A DNA stretch of 64,000 bases from Eledone cirrhosa (GCA_964016885.1 OZ024763.1:3410001-3474000); one strand, 5' to 3'; numbered from the stretch's first letter, positions 1 to 13,053 are shown. Translations and numbers: made by a program. Notes: a model not told the origin generated them from the sequence alone.

Positions 1-734
1 CAACACTGACACCTCCACCCCACCAACACAGAGACACAGCCCCACCACACAAACACTGACACACCTCTACACCCACCCAGACCAACACTCCACCTCACCA
101 TACCCATCAACAGAAAAACACCTGCCTCACCACCAACATTAACACATCCCCCCACCAATACTAACACCCCACCACCTCCACCAACACCTCCACACCTCCA
201 CAACCACAAACACTCCACCCCACCACCACACCCAGCAACACAGACACGCCCTCTGCAAACACAGGCACTTTACTCTATATTTACCTATCCACCAGCAACA
301 CAAACACTCCTCCTCACCCACCAACACCCCACCAACACAGACACACCACCAACACCACTCCACCACCAACAACACAAACACACCTCCTCACCCACCAACA
401 CCCCACCCACAAACACCACTCCACCACCATGTCAACCTATTATCTCCTCTCATTAGTGACACAAGATCCTGATCTAACTCTGTTGGACACGTGACTAACT
501 AATCTGTCACGTGTTAGCAATCTTAATAGAAACACACTTGTTTTACATGCACAGACGTACACATAACTGTATACATATATATGTATATATATATGGCCCC
601 TGTATCCCCACCCCATCCACACCACCCCTTCCAATGTAAAGTTATGTTGGTACCACAACATCCAGGCCGAAACAAATGAGGTCGTGTAGGTGTCACGACA
701 AAAAAAAAACACACAGTCCACGCTGTAATGTGGC

Positions 735-940
735 CGTGTAGGTAACACGGTAAAAACCTCCCAGTCCACACTGTAAACGTGGTTGGTGTTAGGAAGGGCA
801 TCCAGCCGTAGAAAACCCGCCAGGCAGTCCTATACGAGCAAGACAACCAATCTTGCCTCAAGTGGGAAAACTCCCGTCCAAACCCATGCTAGCGTGGAAG
901 ATGGTCGTTAAACGATGATGATGATGATGATGATGATGAT
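735..940 (+). mobile_element. SINE 3' portion with (GAT)n tail
   Basis: TGGTTGGTGTTAGGAAGGGCATCCAGCCGTAGAAA core, then CCATGCTAGCGTGGAA...CGTTAAACGATGATGATG tail. Recognised from memory of invertebrate SINEs, not from a search. Confidence 0.6.
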
Positions 941-943
941 ATA

Positions 944-1031
<88 letters not shown>

Positions 1032-1229
1032 ATATATCTCATATGAAATGATACAGCCAATTTTCCACACAATACTATTAGTTAGCACCCCGAACGTTTA
1101 ATTAGGAATATACTCACTTATTTCCTAATGTTTGTTGAGTGAGTTGGGATTTGGCCGGAGTATGGCTACTAGCTTTCTCCGATTATGTATTTATATATAT
1201 ATATTTACATGTATATATAGATATATATG

Positions 1230-1267
<38 letters not shown>

Positions 1268-1269
<2 letters not shown>

Positions 1270-1495
1270 ATATCTGTTCAATACAGTTAATCCATACCTC
1301 ATGTTTCGAAGCATGCCACTCTATGGACCATAAAGTTGCATTATGGTCTCAATTGGGACTGATTTTCATCAAACTAGGCCTGCTTCGAAACCTAAGGTAT
1401 TGGTCAAACGCTTTGAGCAGATATAAAGAATATTTTAGCACTGTTGTTGCTGTACAGCATTCTTTTTATTTATTCCTTTACTATTACTCGATAAT
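1268..1495. mobile_element. Degenerate foldback with one-sided tail in (TA)n, probable PLE remnant
   Basis: Imperfect arms ~1270-1312 (ATATCTGTTCAA..ATACC..GTTTCGAAGCA) and ~1381-1425 (TGCTTCGAAAC..GGTAT..TTGAGCAGATAT). Only the GAAAC-CTAAG-GTA half of an HHR is visible. Confidence 0.5.
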
Positions 1496-1527
1496 ACACA
1501 CACACACACACATATATATATATACTC

Positions 1528-1605
<78 letters not shown>

Positions 1606-1783
1606 GAATATATATATACACACAAACATATATATATATGTATATATGAATGTATATATATATATATATATATATATACATTTTTATGCATATACATATA
1701 TATACATATATATAGAGATTTATATATACATAATTCTATATATATATATATATATACATGAATGTATACACACATACACACAC

Positions 1784-1842
<59 letters not shown>

Positions 1843-1874
1843 CACACACGTATATATGTATATATATATATATA

Positions 1875-1982
<108 letters not shown>

Positions 1983-2222
1983 TATATATATATAATGGCC
2001 TGAAGATCACTCACCAGAAACTCCAGCTGTCACTGGAACACACTTAACTTTCAATAAATCTTCTTTCTTACTGAAATGTGTTGAGTACTTTTTTCACTTT
2101 CTCTCTGACTTACAATGTACATCATGTTGAACCTGCATATATATTACGGGGTCGATAAAATAAAGTACCAGTAATGCACTAGGTAATTTCTGGCCTTGTG
2201 CCAAAAGTAGAAACAATTATAT

Positions 2223-2282
<60 letters not shown>

Positions 2283-2290
<8 letters not shown>

Positions 2291-2851
2291 ATACTTTGGG
2301 AGGGTCATGTTGCCAATAAGAAACACACGCACCAGTTGCTTTCACTTCAATTTAATTTATTATATATTTAAAAATTTACAAATTTATAAATTTCTGGTTG
2401 GTTGGTTGGTTCCACAACCAGATAGTTGTTTATATATATATAGTCATAGTTCTTTCGTCACACACTCTGTGACCTCTTCAGTGACTGGGGATTTCTTTCT
2501 TCGTTTCTGTGCCTTTTTTTCTTCTATCCTACGCCATTTTCATGGCGTAGGATAGAAGAAAAGAAAGGCACAGAAACGAAGAAAGAAATCCCCAGTCACT
2601 GAAGAGGTCACAGAGTGTGTGACGAAAGAACTATGACTATATATATATAAACAACTATCTGGTTGTGGAACCAACCAACCAACCAGAAATTTATAAATTT
2701 GTAAATTTTTAAATATATAATAAATTAAATTGAAGTGAAAGCAACTGGTGCGTGTGTTTCTTATTGGCAACATGACCCTCCCAAAGTATAACAATATCGG
2801 TTTCAACACACGATTTCAGATAAAGAATCTTGCTAAACAAATTCAGAAACG
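2283..2851. mobile_element. PLE-type foldback, family A, with an HHR in each arm
   Basis: Near-perfect inverted arms 2283-2537 and 2542-2797, 4-nt loop, unpaired tail 2798-2851, (TA)n on both sides. Confidence 0.85.
2594..2638 (+). ncRNA. Type I hammerhead ribozyme motif (mirror copy 2442-2486, minus)
   Basis: AGTCA-CTGAAGA-G-GTCACA(GAGTG)TGTGAC-GAAAG-AA-CTA-TGACT: stem I 5 bp, stem II 6 bp, minimal stem III, CUA triplet. Confidence 0.8.
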
Positions 2852-2950
2852 ATATATATATATATATATATATAAATACATTATGAAGAGAGAAGAAACA
2901 TTTAGATATAATTAGTAATAAAATGTATCATACCTAAACTGCTCCTAGAT

Positions 2951-3040
2951 TCCTCGACTACGTAGTTTCGTGGCATAAACAAAAACAATACATCATAAAG
3001 ATATAGAGTCCTTGCGAGGTCTGCCGACTTATCAAGAGGA
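2951..3040 (-). ncRNA. HHR motif with U3-A8 core and long loop II
   Basis: Minus strand: TCCTC-TTGATAA-GTCGGCA...TGCCAC-GAAAC-TACGTA-GTC-GAGGA. Confidence 0.7.
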
Positions 3041-3152
3041 TACCTCATTTTACTAGTCTCAAGAACGCGTCTACACGACGTGACCCTTAACTCACGGTTG
3101 GGTGCGGATGCATTCATGTATATGTGTGTGTCCGCATGTATCTGTGTGTTTC

Positions 3153-3193
<41 letters not shown>

Positions 3194-3270
3194 CGAAGGA
3201 AATGTGGTAAGGAACCAGATGGACCATAACGCACCAAAGTACTCAATACTTAGGAACAATAACATAAACA

Positions 3271-3631
3271 AAGACATGAACGACACCACAACACTTTGTT
3301 TTGAAAATTTTGAAAGTAAGTTTATAAGTATTAATTTTCATAAGATTTTCGTAGTTGTCTCTGTAACCTAGCGGTAAGAACTTGAGACAGTGAAAATGCT
3401 GGTCTTGAGTTCAATCCTGGTCAAGAGGTACATGTAACCTCTTCAGTTTTTTATTTTACAACCAATAGAAAAAAACTGAAAAGGTTTACTCCCGACCAGG
3501 ATCGATCTTCGGACCTGGATTACCACTGTCTCTGATTCCGCCAGCTAGGCCACAAAAGTATAACGAAAATTGATAATTATAAACCTATTTTCAAAATTAA
3601 AGTTAAAAAGACATGGTGTCGTTCGTGGCTT
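3271..3631. mobile_element. Old inverted-repeat element with tRNA-like arms
   Basis: Imperfect IR (CATGAACGACACCA vs TGGTGTCGTTCGTG; GAGACAGTG vs CACTGTCTC; TTCAGTTTTTT vs AAAAAACTGAA). B-box-like GAGTTCAATCC in the left arm. Confidence 0.6.
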
Positions 3632-3724
3632 TCCTAGAGCCATTAGTATTATTTAGAGTCGCCTGTATTAGCTATCTTCAATTCAGTTCTTGTGCCACCC
3701 CTTGTGTCACGAATCTTGAGTAAT

Positions 3725-4370
3725 GACAGAAAGAATATGATCGCAAATACAAGCAGTCGAAATGGGTTCCTCCAAAGAGTCATTGGAGTAACATTACTCG
3801 ATAGAGTGTAGCTTGGTGGTCAGAGAGTCACTCCAGATCGAGCTACTACTTCTCCAAATTGAGAGATCACAGTTCTGATACTATGGACATGTGGTTAGAA
3901 TGTCTCAGGAAAGACTCACTGGACAGATTTGAGAGATCACAGCTCCGATACTAGGGACATCTGATTAAAATGACTCAAGAAAAAATCTCTGGACAGATTT
4001 GTAGCTCAGAGATCAGAGAGTCACTCCAGGTAGAGTCACTACTTCTCCAAATTGAGAGATCACAGTTCCGATACTATGGACATGTGATTAGAATGTCTTA
4101 GGAAAGAATCACTGGAAAGATTTGTAGCTCAGAGATCAGAGATTCACTCCAGGTAGAGCCACTACTTCTCCAAATTGAGAGATCACAGTTCCGATACTAT
4201 GGACATGTGATTAGAATGTCTTAGGAAAGAATCACTGGAAAGATTTGTAGCTCAGAGATCAGAGATTCACTCCAGGTAGAGCCGCTACTTCTCCAAATTG
4301 AGAGATCACAGCTCCGATACTAGAGACATGTGGTTAAAATGACTCAAGAAAGAATCGCTGGACAGATTTT
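3725..4370 (+). mobile_element. Decayed RTE-clade LINE fragment with 123-bp internal tandem amplification
   Basis: Translates to SQIQAVEMG..., then SSEIRESLQVESLLLQIERSQFRYYGHVIRMS, resembling the RTE post-RT region. Unit starts at ~4001, 4124 and 4247. Stops present. Confidence 0.75.
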
Positions 4371-4394
4371 ACGGGCTTCTGACAGAACGCGTTG

Positions 4395-4610
4395 GAAGTA
4401 GCGTTTGAGGATTCAGCTGCCCCCATGACTTTCTCAGGGAATAAATGAAACGACTGAGAGTACAAGACTCCCCCCTGGACAGGACACCAGTTAAACTCTC
4501 CAGTTATTGCTACTGGTACTCATTTTCAGCTGAGTATATTGGAACAACGTGAAATGAAATGTTTTGCTCAAGAACACAACACGCAACCCAGCTCAGGAAT
4601 CGAACCCATG
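4395..4610 (-). mobile_element. tRNA-derived SINE, family 2 (relatives 48285-48386 + and 58195-58305 +)
   Basis: Minus strand GGTTCGATTCC B box followed by GTGTTCTTGAGCAAAACATTTCATTTCACGTTG, shared with the 48350-48385 copy. Confidence 0.65.
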
Positions 4611-5369
4611 ATATGATGATGATGATGATGATGGGGATTGAACCCACCACATGAAGAAGAAGAAGAAGAAGAAGAAGAAGAAGAAGAAGAAGAAGAAGAA
4701 GAAGAAGAAGAAGAAGAAGAAGACGGCTAATAAATGGCGTAGTTGATAATTTTTGACTTTTGTGGGAAATAACTCTATACATAAAAGTTATTTCCCTTTG
4801 AATAACATTTCACCATGTTTTACCCCCCCCCCACATGAGTGCTGTCGGTGGGAAAGTGTTAGTTAAAATACATACACACATACACATATATACACACATA
4901 TACATATATACACACATATAGATACATACACACATTCAGATGTTATACACACATATACATACACACACATATCTACATATATACACACACATATATATAT
5001 ATATATACACACATATACATATACACACACATATACATATACATATACATATATATATACACACACATATACATATACCTATATATATACACACGCACAC
5101 ACACACACACACATATACATATATATATATTTGTATATATATATATATATATGATGAGCTTTTGATTCAAGAGTCTGGCCCGATCGATAGAGATCGAACG
5201 TTGAACTGATCAATCGCGATACGCGCGTCACACTTGAATAAACGTGATGAAAAAAAAAATGAAAAAATATATATATATATACATACACATATATGTACAT
5301 ACATACATAGATACATGTATACATACATGCTTACATACATTGATACCTATATATATATATATATATATA

Positions 5370-5700
5370 GTGAAAAATGGAACGGGAACAAAACAGAGAG
5401 GCAGTATGAACAATTAGTTTCATGGTCTTGAGAGTGGGGGGGGGGGGGACGTTTCGGGCATAAGCCCTTCTTCACCCGAAAAGTGTGTGGGAAGAGAGTT
5501 CCGAGGGTGTGTAGGGGAGTGGAGGAGAGACATTTAGAAAAAAAGGGGGGAGGGATGGAAGGGAGGAAAAACGGTGGAAGGAGTACAAATAAATTAAAAA
5601 AATAAATAAAAATAAACATGAAGATAAACAAGTGGTGGAAGGATGTGGGGCGTGGCGGGTGGAGTGGGGAGAGGGAGGCGGGTGTCCGAGCGGGGAGGGC
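5370..5700 (-). mobile_element. PLE-type terminal fragment with altered HHR (5446-5477); related stub 42965-43080
   Basis: Minus strand GG-GTGAAGA-A-GGGC(TTAT)GCCC-GAAAC-GTC-CC. Position 3 is G, so probably inactive. Left terminus abuts (TA)n. Confidence 0.55.
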
Positions 5701-5720
5701 TGAAGATGGCGTATCGGTGT

Positions 5721-5795
<75 letters not shown>

Positions 5796-6500
5796 TGAGA
5801 GTTGGGGGAAGAACGAGATATATATATATTGAAGAAGGAGAGGAGAAGAAATGTCAAGTGTAGATAAGGTTCAATGACAAAAACGATGAAAGGATGAGAC
5901 AAAAGAGTTTCCTTGATAATTCTTGTATTTTCTTATCTCTACCCTTACAGATGGTGGTGGTGGGAGGGACGTAGTGGTGCTGGTGTCATTTGTGATGTTG
6001 TTGCTGGTGTTGGTGTTGTTTTTGTTGTTTCTGTTGTTATTTTTGCTGTTTTTACTGGTGATGGTGGTGGTTGCTGTGTTGTTGTTGCTGTTGTTGTTTT
6101 TGTTGTTTCTGTTGTTATTTTTGCTGTTTTTACTGGTGATGGTGCTGGTTGCTGTGTTGTTGTTGCTGTTGTTTTTGTTGTTGGTGTCATTGTTGCTTTT
6201 GTTGTTGTTCTTATCATTGCCGTTGTTGTTGTCGTTGTGTTGTTGTGCTAGCTATGCCCTGTAAACTACATAAAGACAGTTTAAGTGTAGAAGTACTTAT
6301 TAGTTAACCTTTGTTTTGCTGTGTTTTTATTTTGTGTGTGTTATTTTCTATATTTCGTGTCACACACGACGCACAGTTTCCCACCGAAACTGGGAGATCA
6401 GAGAAACCTGTTTCTTATAAATAGATGATGAGAATATTGTTGTCCTCGTATACAGACGCTGTGACTGACGGAGAGAGAGAGAGAGATAGAGAGAGAGAGC

Positions 6501-6532
<32 letters not shown>

Positions 6533-6553
6533 TAGAGAAAGAGAAACTGATAT

Positions 6554-6619
<66 letters not shown>

Positions 6620-6652
6620 AGAATAGGTGTGACAGATATATATGTCTGTGTG

Positions 6653-6703
<51 letters not shown>

Positions 6704-6771
6704 TTACACACAGACACACACACACATATATATATATACATATATACATAGACATATACATATATATATAA

Positions 6772-6849
<78 letters not shown>

Positions 6850-6851
6850 AT

Positions 6852-6885
<34 letters not shown>

Positions 6886-7231
6886 ATATATAGTAATTCC
6901 TTTTCAAATAAGAAAGCAATTAATCATATGTAAACAAGTTATACACCTAAAAAACACGACATTTATTACAATAAACTATACACAGAACTACATACAACTT
7001 TATAGAAAAGCATGAAATCCTAATATAAACGTTTATTAATTCACGTGGAGCAAGAATTATATTGAAAATATAAACCAAACAATGATTATTTTATCATATT
7101 TTGATTCACATATGTTTAGTTCTTGATATTGAGAATGAAACATATGTAAATTAAATATGATATACTTAGTGTTTGGATATATTTTCAAAGTATTTATACA
7201 CACACACACACACGCACACACATATATATAT

Positions 7232-7312
<81 letters not shown>

Positions 7313-7319
<7 letters not shown>

Positions 7320-7980
7320 CAAATAACGAAACCAAATTAAATTTCGTTTCGTTTGTAACTCACTTTTGTATGACTGACGCTTAAACAATTAAGTTAAAAA
7401 TGTACATCCACATATGTATACTGAAATACTAGTATGCATATGAATACACACACGTGTACATATGTAGATGTACCGAGTTTTCACTGGTCACTTTACTGTG
7501 AGTGTCCAGCTATTCTGTATGTAAACACACAGACAAACCGGTTTTTAGAGTCATACTGGTTTTTGAGGAAACACCTTTCCTCTATTCTCCAGAAAGCCAG
7601 ACAAGGAATATTGGACTAGTTTCGATGTTGTTACATCTCATCAGCAATATTTACCTATCTTCCGGCCTCTCTAGAGAATCGTGAAAGCACATATCGCTAT
7701 ATGCTTTTTCCATGAAAATTAGTAGTGGGCAGACCAATTTGCATAGAGCGTGAGTACGTACCGGTTCAACGGAGACGATAAAAACAAATAACGAAACGAA
7801 ATTAAATTTCGTTTCGTTTGTAACTCACTTTTGTATGACTGACGCTTAAACAATTAAGTTAAAAATGTACATCCACATATGTATACTGAAATACTAGTAT
7901 GCATATGAATACACACACGTGTACATATGTAGATGTACCGAGTTTTCACTGGTCACTTTACTGTGAGTGTCCAGCTATTC
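7313..7980 (-). mobile_element. Retrozyme-like partial tandem (465-bp unit, ~1.4 copies)
   Basis: Direct repeats 7313-7515 and 7778-7980 (one mismatch seen), offset 465, with an HHR between them and (TA)n on both sides. Terminal stub at 14432-14555. Confidence 0.85.
7607..7651 (-). ncRNA. Intact minimal type I hammerhead ribozyme motif
   Basis: Minus strand AATATTG-CTGATGA-GATGT(AACA)ACATC-GAAAC-TA-GTC-CAATATT: perfect 7-bp stem I, 5-bp stem II, full core, GUC triplet. Confidence 0.92.
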
Positions 7981-8089
7981 ATATATATATATACACACAC
8001 ATATATACATACACACACATATATATATATACATATATACATATATATATACATACATATATATGTGTATATATATGTGTGTATATATG

Positions 8090-8120
<31 letters not shown>

Positions 8121-8307
8121 ATGTATGTATATATATATATATATGTGTGTGTGTTTGTGTATATATATGTATATATATGTGTGTGTGTGTGTGTATGTAT
8201 GTATATATATGTATATATGTGTATATATATATATGTATATATATGCATATATATGTATATATGTGTATATATATATATGTATATATATATATGTATATAT
8301 ATGTATC

Positions 8308-8345
<38 letters not shown>

Positions 8346-8383
8346 AGTATGTGTATGTATGTATATATGTATGTATATATGTG

Positions 8384-9394
8384 TATGGCAAACGACTTGG
8401 AGTGGTTGATCAGTTTGTCTACCTGGGAAGCACTGTCAATCGATACGGCAACCTTGACAGTGAAATCTCACTTAGGATTAGGAAAGCAAGTGATGCTTTC
8501 GGAAAGCTAGAAAGGCGACTCTGGGGTCGGCGAGACATATGCAGGAGGACAAAGGTAAGGGTGTACAGGGCATGTGTACTCTCTTGTCTTCTTTATGCCT
8601 GCGAGACCTGGGTCACATATCGACGCCACCTTAGGCAATTGGAGCGTTTCCATCAGATGTGTCTCAGACGGATACATGGCGTTCGCTGGAGGGACCACAT
8701 CAGTGATGTCGAGATTTTGGAAAGCTCTATGTGTGACAGTATAGAAGCTCTTGTGCTTAAGCAGCGACTCCGTTGGAGTGGTCACCTTGCCAGGATGAAG
8801 GATTCTAGAATACCAAAACAACTCTTCTATGGAGAGTTGGTTAAAGGAAAACGACCGCCACATAAACCAAAAAAGAGGTATAAGGATTCCTTGAAGGCCT
8901 CTCTGAAAGACGCTAACATCTCTGCTGATACATGGGAAAATATTGCTGCTGATCGTAATAAATGGAGAAAGACTGTATATGAGGGAAAAGTTGCCTTTGA
9001 GGCATCTCGAATCGCACACGAGAAAGTAAAGCGGGACGTGAGGAAGGGTATTGCTGTTGCACTTCCAGACGGCGAGGGTCCTCCTATGTTTCTGACATGC
9101 AGCGTCTGTGCGAGACTCTGCCTAAGCAAAGCTGGACTCGAAAGTCATCTTCGCAGTCATAAAGTAAGACCAGTGGTTGACTACCAGGCTGCTGTTGGAG
9201 ATGCTACTCATCATGCTTGCCAAACATGTGGTAGAGAATGTAAATCAGCAGGAGGACTCAAGCGACATGCAAAAGTACACGAACTCCAACCACAGCCGAC
9301 TATTCCCAGTAAATGTTTTGGTTGCCGACTCTGTGCAAGACATTTTAGATCATTGGCTGGGCTAAAAAGCCACATTCGATCGCAGCACTGTTAG
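8384..9394 (+). mobile_element. 5'-truncated RTE-clade LINE ORF (RT C-terminus/thumb plus three C2H2 zinc fingers)
   Basis: [25 protein letters not shown] and [11 protein letters not shown] motifs; three CxxC-x12-HxxxH/HxxxxH fingers; no internal stop. Probable 3' terminus at ~9821-9862 (GGCCATACTCGATAACGAG..GCAGCCATCAT). Confidence 0.93.
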
Positions 9395-9402
9395 TTGCTA
9401 TC

Positions 9403-9440
<38 letters not shown>

Positions 9441-9519
9441 GCTTATGTGCGTGCGTGTGTGTGTATATATATATGAATATGTATATTATTGTTGTTGTTG
9501 TCGTTATTAATATTATTGC

Positions 9520-9559
<40 letters not shown>

Positions 9560-9683
9560 GTTATTAATGTATGTGTGTATATGTGTGAGTGTATGTGTAT
9601 GTATGTGTGTGTGTATATATGTATGTATGTATGTGTATGTATGTGTGTGTGTATATATATGTGTATGTATATATATATGTATA

Positions 9684-9714
<31 letters not shown>

Positions 9715-9756
9715 CTTTTCCCTTTTTTTCTTTTTTTTTCTTTTTTTTTTTTTTTC

Positions 9757-9795
<39 letters not shown>

Positions 9796-9931
9796 TTTTT
9801 TTTTTTTTTTTTTTTTTTATTGTGCAATGGCCATACTCGATAACGAGGGGGCAGCCATCATATATGTATATATATGTATGTTTATGTACATGTATATATA
9901 CACATGTATGTATATAAATTTATATATGTAT

Positions 9932-10041
<110 letters not shown>

Positions 10042-10344
10042 ACGGGAGACCCAGTTTCAGTAAAACTAGTTTAAAAAGTAAAAAAAAAAATACCCCCGAC
10101 AAAAGTGCTGATTAGGTTGGTGTAGATGGCGCAACGATCTGCCGTCAATATGGTAAAGTCTGTCAATCAGCAGGAAGCCTGAGGTGGCACATATAAGTAC
10201 TTGGCAACTAGCAACCGGTTCTTCATCTTGCCAAAGACCATGTCTGTAACATCTGTGTCAGAGAATGTAGGACTCATGCTGCCCTAAATATCACATCCAT
10301 GCTATACATATACGTAGAGACGTGTTTTAAAATTCAAGCAGTGC

Positions 10345-10451
<107 letters not shown>

Positions 10452-10469
10452 GATATATGTTTGTATATG

Positions 10470-10538
<69 letters not shown>

Positions 10539-10657
10539 ACATATGTATGTATATATATATATGTATGTATGTATACACATGTATGTATATATATATATGA
10601 ATATATATGTGTATGTATATATATGTATATATATATATGTACATATATATGTTTATA

Positions 10658-10712
<55 letters not shown>

Positions 10713-10713
10713 A

Positions 10714-10757
<44 letters not shown>

Positions 10758-10758
10758 G

Positions 10759-10817
<59 letters not shown>

Positions 10818-10873
10818 TTATGTGTATATATATATACATTTATATACAGATAGATAGTTACATATATATATAC

Positions 10874-10927
<54 letters not shown>

Positions 10928-10929
10928 TT

Positions 10930-11122
10930 TATTTTTATTTTATAGAAGGAGCTTCTACAGGACTAGTACTGTTTCATTCAGATGTGCTTCCTGAAGATAT
11001 CATCTGAATGAAACAGTACTAGTCTTGTAGAAGCTCCTTCTTTAAAATAAAAAAATTTTACTCTGCCATGTATTGAGTACCTTACTTACTGTGGTTATCC
11101 CCGACTCAACCCGGGACCTACG
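10930..11122. mobile_element. Foldback with one-sided tail in (TA)n
   Basis: Arms ~10930-10984 and 11001-11055 (AGAAGGAGCTTCTACA..GTTTCATTCAGATG and its complement), tail to ~11122. Contains CTGAAGA and GAAAC but stems are poor. Confidence 0.7.
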
Positions 11123-11158
<36 letters not shown>

Positions 11159-11439
11159 CACATATGTGATAGTGTGTGTATCAGGTCTCTTGAGCGCTTC
11201 TGATAACATGTAACCCAGTATATTATGTCACATGGTCAGCAACCGCACCTTGAATGGGGAAGAGGGGGAGTTTGGATACCTTGCAGGATGAGGGAGGAAC
11301 TCAGGAGAGTCTATGACCATCCAATAATGTCTAAGCTGAATTTGGTGCGATCTTCTGTGTCTGAGCAGCCCTTTTTAGGAGAACATTGCTCACCCATTTT
11401 CAGGGGAACGGACTAAAAATTTTAAACATTGTTTCTTTC

Positions 11440-11920
11440 ATCTGATCTGGAGATCAGTTCCTTTCTTCTCTCAGGAGTTGTGAGCAACAAATAGTATTAA
11501 CAATGGAATGACCAATTGAAACATCGTTTATTTTGTCTGATCTGATGATCAGCTCCTTTGTTTTTCCAGGAGTTATAACCAACAGATTGTATCAGCAATT
11601 GAAAGACCAATGGAAACCTTGTTTCATTGGACTGATCTGATGATCAGCTCCTTTCTTCTGCCAGAATTTGTGACCAAAATATAGAATCTGCAATAGAAAC
11701 ATTGTTTCCTTTGTCTGATCTGTTGATCAGTTCCTTTCTTTTGCCAGGAGTTGTGACTAATAGATAATATCAACAATGGAAAGACCAATAGAAACATTGT
11801 TTCCTTGGTCTGATCTGAGGATCAGCTCCTTTCGTTGTCACGTGTTATAACCAATAGATAGTATCAACAATAGAAAGACCAATGGAAACATTGTTTCCTT
11901 GGTCTGATCTGTTATTGGTT
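11440..11920. repeat. Degenerate ~85-90 bp tandem repeat
   Basis: Recurring GGAGTTGTGACCAA..GAAAGACCAATGGAAACATTGTTTCCTTGGTCTGATCTG..GATCAGCTCCTTTC, about 5-6 units. Confidence 0.8.
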
Positions 11921-12695
11921 CTTTTCTGTTTTTCCTTGTTTGTAATAGGAGAAGAAGGAAGTATAACAGTACACCGCACTTGTTTTTACAGTGGCTTGAC
12001 AGTGGCAGGCCAGGGCCAGTGTCAGGGTTAGAACCAGGGTTAAGGGTGGGTGTGTGTGTAGCAATTGAAAAGAAAAGAAAAAAAGCCAAACAAACGTATT
12101 TTTTCCTTCATTGCCAGATGGCATAAAATCCATAAAATAAACCTAAAACAAAATCTTTGTGAGAAGAGATATGGGAGGAGGTGCACGGGGAGGTGGGAAA
12201 GGATGTAGGAGGGTGGGAGGGTAAGGGGAAGAGGTTGTGGTAAGGAAGTTTAAGGCGATCATTGTTGGCAAGAAACATTTACAAGAAAGCAATTGATAGA
12301 AAAACTGTTGTTGTTGGTGTTGTTGGTGTTGGTGTTGCTGTTATTGTTGTTGTTGTTGTTGTTATTGCTGTTGCTGTTGTTGTTGGTGGTGATGGTGGTG
12401 TTGGTGTTGTTGTTGTTGTTGGTGGTGGTGGTGTTGGTGTTGCTGCTGGTATTGTTGTTGTTAATGTTTTAGTGCCCAGTCCAGTGTGTGTGTGTCACTA
12501 TGTATGTGTCTGTGTCTGCATGTGTGTGTGTGTCATTCTGTGTGTCACTATGTATTTGTCTCTGTGTGAGTGTGTGTCAGTGTGTATATATGTGAATATG
12601 TGTGTGTGTGTCAGTGTGTGTTGTTATGGTGAGATAAGCGACTTTACACACGTCATGTTCCAACAAATACAAAGGGATAAATGTTATCTTTCTTT

Positions 12696-12811
<116 letters not shown>

Positions 12812-12887
12812 AACACACACACACACACACACTCACACACACGCACAAACACACACACACACACACATACACACACACACACACACG

Positions 12888-12950
<63 letters not shown>

Positions 12951-13053
12951 GTATATACATCTATATACATATATACACACACACACATACTCGTGTGTGT
13001 ATGCGTGGAACTAGCTGTGGAAATGGCTAGAGTTCAGCCGTCGGGTCCCGACT

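Noticed and set aside
1997-2040. CTGAAGA...GAAAC...GTC word order
   Set aside because: Stems I and II do not pair convincingly; at most a decayed HHR.
7967-8383. N-terminal part of the 475-aa ORF
   Set aside because: Microsatellite read-through; the LINE-derived sequence starts at about 8384.
10238-10300. [16 protein letters not shown] zinc-finger-like peptide
   Set aside because: Needs a frameshift to complete the finger and is too short to assign; possibly an RTE relic.
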